Source: Hormiphora californensis (Eukaryota; Animalia; Ctenophora). From it: a DNA stretch of 64,000 nucleotides. The position numbers were made by a program, and so were the translations under genes. The number at the start of each line of letters is the position of its first letter. Position 1 is the stretch's first letter. The notes beneath the pieces were generated by a model. That model saw only the letters and a list, made by a program, of their open reading frames with translations, was not told the DNA's origin and searched no databases. The stretch is taken from NCBI GenBank assembly GCA_020137815.1, contig CM035355.1, positions 7,068,001 through 7,132,000 on the forward strand. The letters are read 5' to 3'. This document shows positions 61,918 to 64,000 of the stretch, piece by piece.

Positions 61918-63998
61918 TTACGATCGGTTCAGGCGCTCAATCTCATCGCCCAAGGTTTTGAATATTCTCCTTCAATGTAATGTTCTTGAACAAGGTATCC
62001 TCTAAAACCTGCTTGCAACTTTTCGTTTATCTCCATTGACAACTTGAGAGTCATACCGTTAGCAGCACCCCTCTCCAGAGGTGACTTATATGCCTCGCCG
62101 GCCAGCCGTGTTCTCTCACCCGTCTCCACGCGAAGCAACAAGCTCTGAATCACCCGGGTCTTCTTTTGTAGGTCTTTTGTCAGAGTTTCAACGTGGCTTT
62201 CGTAAAACTCAATCTTCTCCTGGCGTTTTGCCAAAGCTCGTTGAAGGGAGCACAATCTCTCAATGAGCATTGCCCGGGCTTGATCCATTGTCAGGGTGTA
62301 GGCACTACTCTCGCTACTTTGATCCTCTGCCTCGCTGCTTGCTCCGGATCGTGTTCTTGTATCCCGACCATGACTTTCCAGCGAGGTAACTGACTCCGTC
62401 CGTCGCATGCTCTCTTCCTGGCGCTCCAGCTGTCTTCGGAACTGGTCAATCTGCCGGAGAAGGTCTTTGTTATCAGCCTGGTGTTTTCGTTTTGATACCA
62501 CTGCATTGTTGTTCATGTCAGATAGCTTACACTCAAGATCTGATTTGCAGTCCTCCAGCTCCTTGACCTTGATCTCAAGGGAACTGATCAGGTCAGACGC
62601 TTTCTCTGCTTCAGACTTGCTGAGGCTTGACAGTGATTCGAAATCAGTTGACAATTGTTTATGCTTAGCAGTGAGACTGGATAACTGTTCCCTTGACTCA
62701 TCTCGATCCTTACAACACTCGTTCAACTTGAGAGTCAGATCGGCATTCTTTGCACCAACTTTTTGGAAATACTCCAAGTTCTCCTTTTCCTTCTCAGACA
62801 GTTCGGAGTTCAGCTTCTCAACATATGCTACTTTTTCCTTGATTCCCATCAGCTCACTATCAAGCTGCTGGTTGTTCAAGTAGGCGTTCTTGAGCTCATT
62901 CTTTAAGTCGTTGTAGGAATTCAACCTCTCGTCAAGATCTTCGAGTTTGTTAGCAAGATTATTTTTGTCCGTCTCCTGATTTCTAGATTCTGCCAGCACT
63001 TTTTGGTAATCAGAATCTTTATCGAAAAGCTGATCTTTGATTTGCTCCATCTGCTTCATAATTTGTTCCGTTTCAATGCACTTCAGACCATGTTTCTTGG
63101 TAAGCTCATCAAACCGACCCTGCAGATTTTTGTGCTCCAGCTCCAACTTGTCTAACTTGTTCCCGAGGGCATTAGATTGTATTTCCTCGGAATTCTGGTA
63201 TTTATCGATCATCGCCTGGCAATTTGTCCGTATCATGTTGGCCTCCTCTTTAGCTTCCCGTATCTTAGCATCCATCCCGGAGAGCTTGGTCCGTGTTGAC
63301 TGATGAGCATCACATTCAGACTTTAACTTGGAGTTAGCCCACTGGACCTTGATACCAGCGGAGCTCAGATCATCGTTTAGCTTCTTGATTTGTTTCCGTT
63401 GCTCCGTGCACTCGTATACTCTCATATCAAGTTCTTTCTTCAGCTTGATACAATCCTCAGTAGACATGTGTAACTTGGCACGCAACCTTTCATTCTCATC
63501 GGCCTGGTTGGATAGATTCTTGATCAAATTCTCTTTGTTTGCCTGTAACTTTCTCCTGGCATCCATATTTTCTGCAAGACTCTCCTTTGCAACATCTCTC
63601 TCCTTGATGCACTCGATAAACTGCCGGTTAATCTGACCCACCCTGATCTCATGTTGCTTAGTCACCTCACCGATCCTCCTCGTGCTCTCATCATACACGT
63701 GTTTTATTGTCCCGTTAGCCACGTCTAACTCATACTCCAACTTCTTGATTATCTTCCGAAGCTCATCAGCCGATCCATCCCTAACGTCCAGGACAGTGGA
63801 TTCCTTTTTCACGGCTTCATAAGCATCCATCTCATCGATCTCATCAGAGATACTACTGAGAGTTTCATCTCGGCCGTTTCTCATCCTCTCAGATAGGGTC
63901 GGCTGCACCGAGTACCTGTCTAAATCATTCATACTGGCCGATGTGACAGGTTTGGGTTCCATGAGACGGGATGCAAGGTTGTTTAGGGAGGAGAACAT
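61918..63998 (-). CDS. CCDC186: Coiled-coil domain-containing protein 186, single long coding exon; probable 1-bp error near 62010
   Basis: Motifs IKVQWANSKLKSE, KEEANMIRTNCQAMIDKYQNSEEIQSN, MLIERL...KIEFYESH and MTLKLSMEINEKLQA. The conserved tail [25 protein letters not shown] continues in the adjacent frame to TAA at 61918. Confidence 0.88.
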
Positions 63999-64000
63999 GA

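Noticed and set aside
62000-62015. Programmed frameshift in CCDC186 or the GPCRs
   Set aside because: Single-base indel errors are common in this assembly and are the simpler explanation.

Overview
This is compact, intron-rich animal DNA with short GT-AG introns, many microsatellites and MITEs. A ctenophore, perhaps Pleurobrachia/Hormiphora-like, is my inference from the repeat and GPCR style; it is not proven. Genes in order: a C2-domain gene (-, runs off the left edge), OGFOD3 (+), the proteasome activator PSME4/PA200 (+), a single-SRCR membrane protein (-), three tandem secreted single-VWC-domain genes (-), an intronless class A GPCR (+), a frameshifted LDLa-repeat GPCR (+), WDR61/SKI8 (-) and intronless CCDC186 (-). 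One PSME4 intron carries an antisense Ly6/uPAR GPI-anchored gene and a degenerate poly-Gly paralogue, and WDR61 intron 1 carries a second GPCR on the opposite strand. The dominant structure is a ~9 kb inverted duplication (4218-13308 vs 15252-24457) that puts the PSME4 5' exons on the wrong strand. A ~60-bp junction overlap indicates an 11-kb segment placed in reverse orientation, most likely an assembly artefact. Mobile elements include three different TTAA-flanked palindromic (Kolobok-like) MITEs, one mariner-like MITE, one Harbinger-like MITE and a tRNA-derived SINE-like insert. The most interesting biology is the single-VWC secreted cluster, the nested Ly6 pair, and a recurring splice acceptor 4-7 nt before start codons (possible spliced-leader trans-splicing and operons). 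All exon models and translations were read by eye, so boundaries may be off by a few bases.
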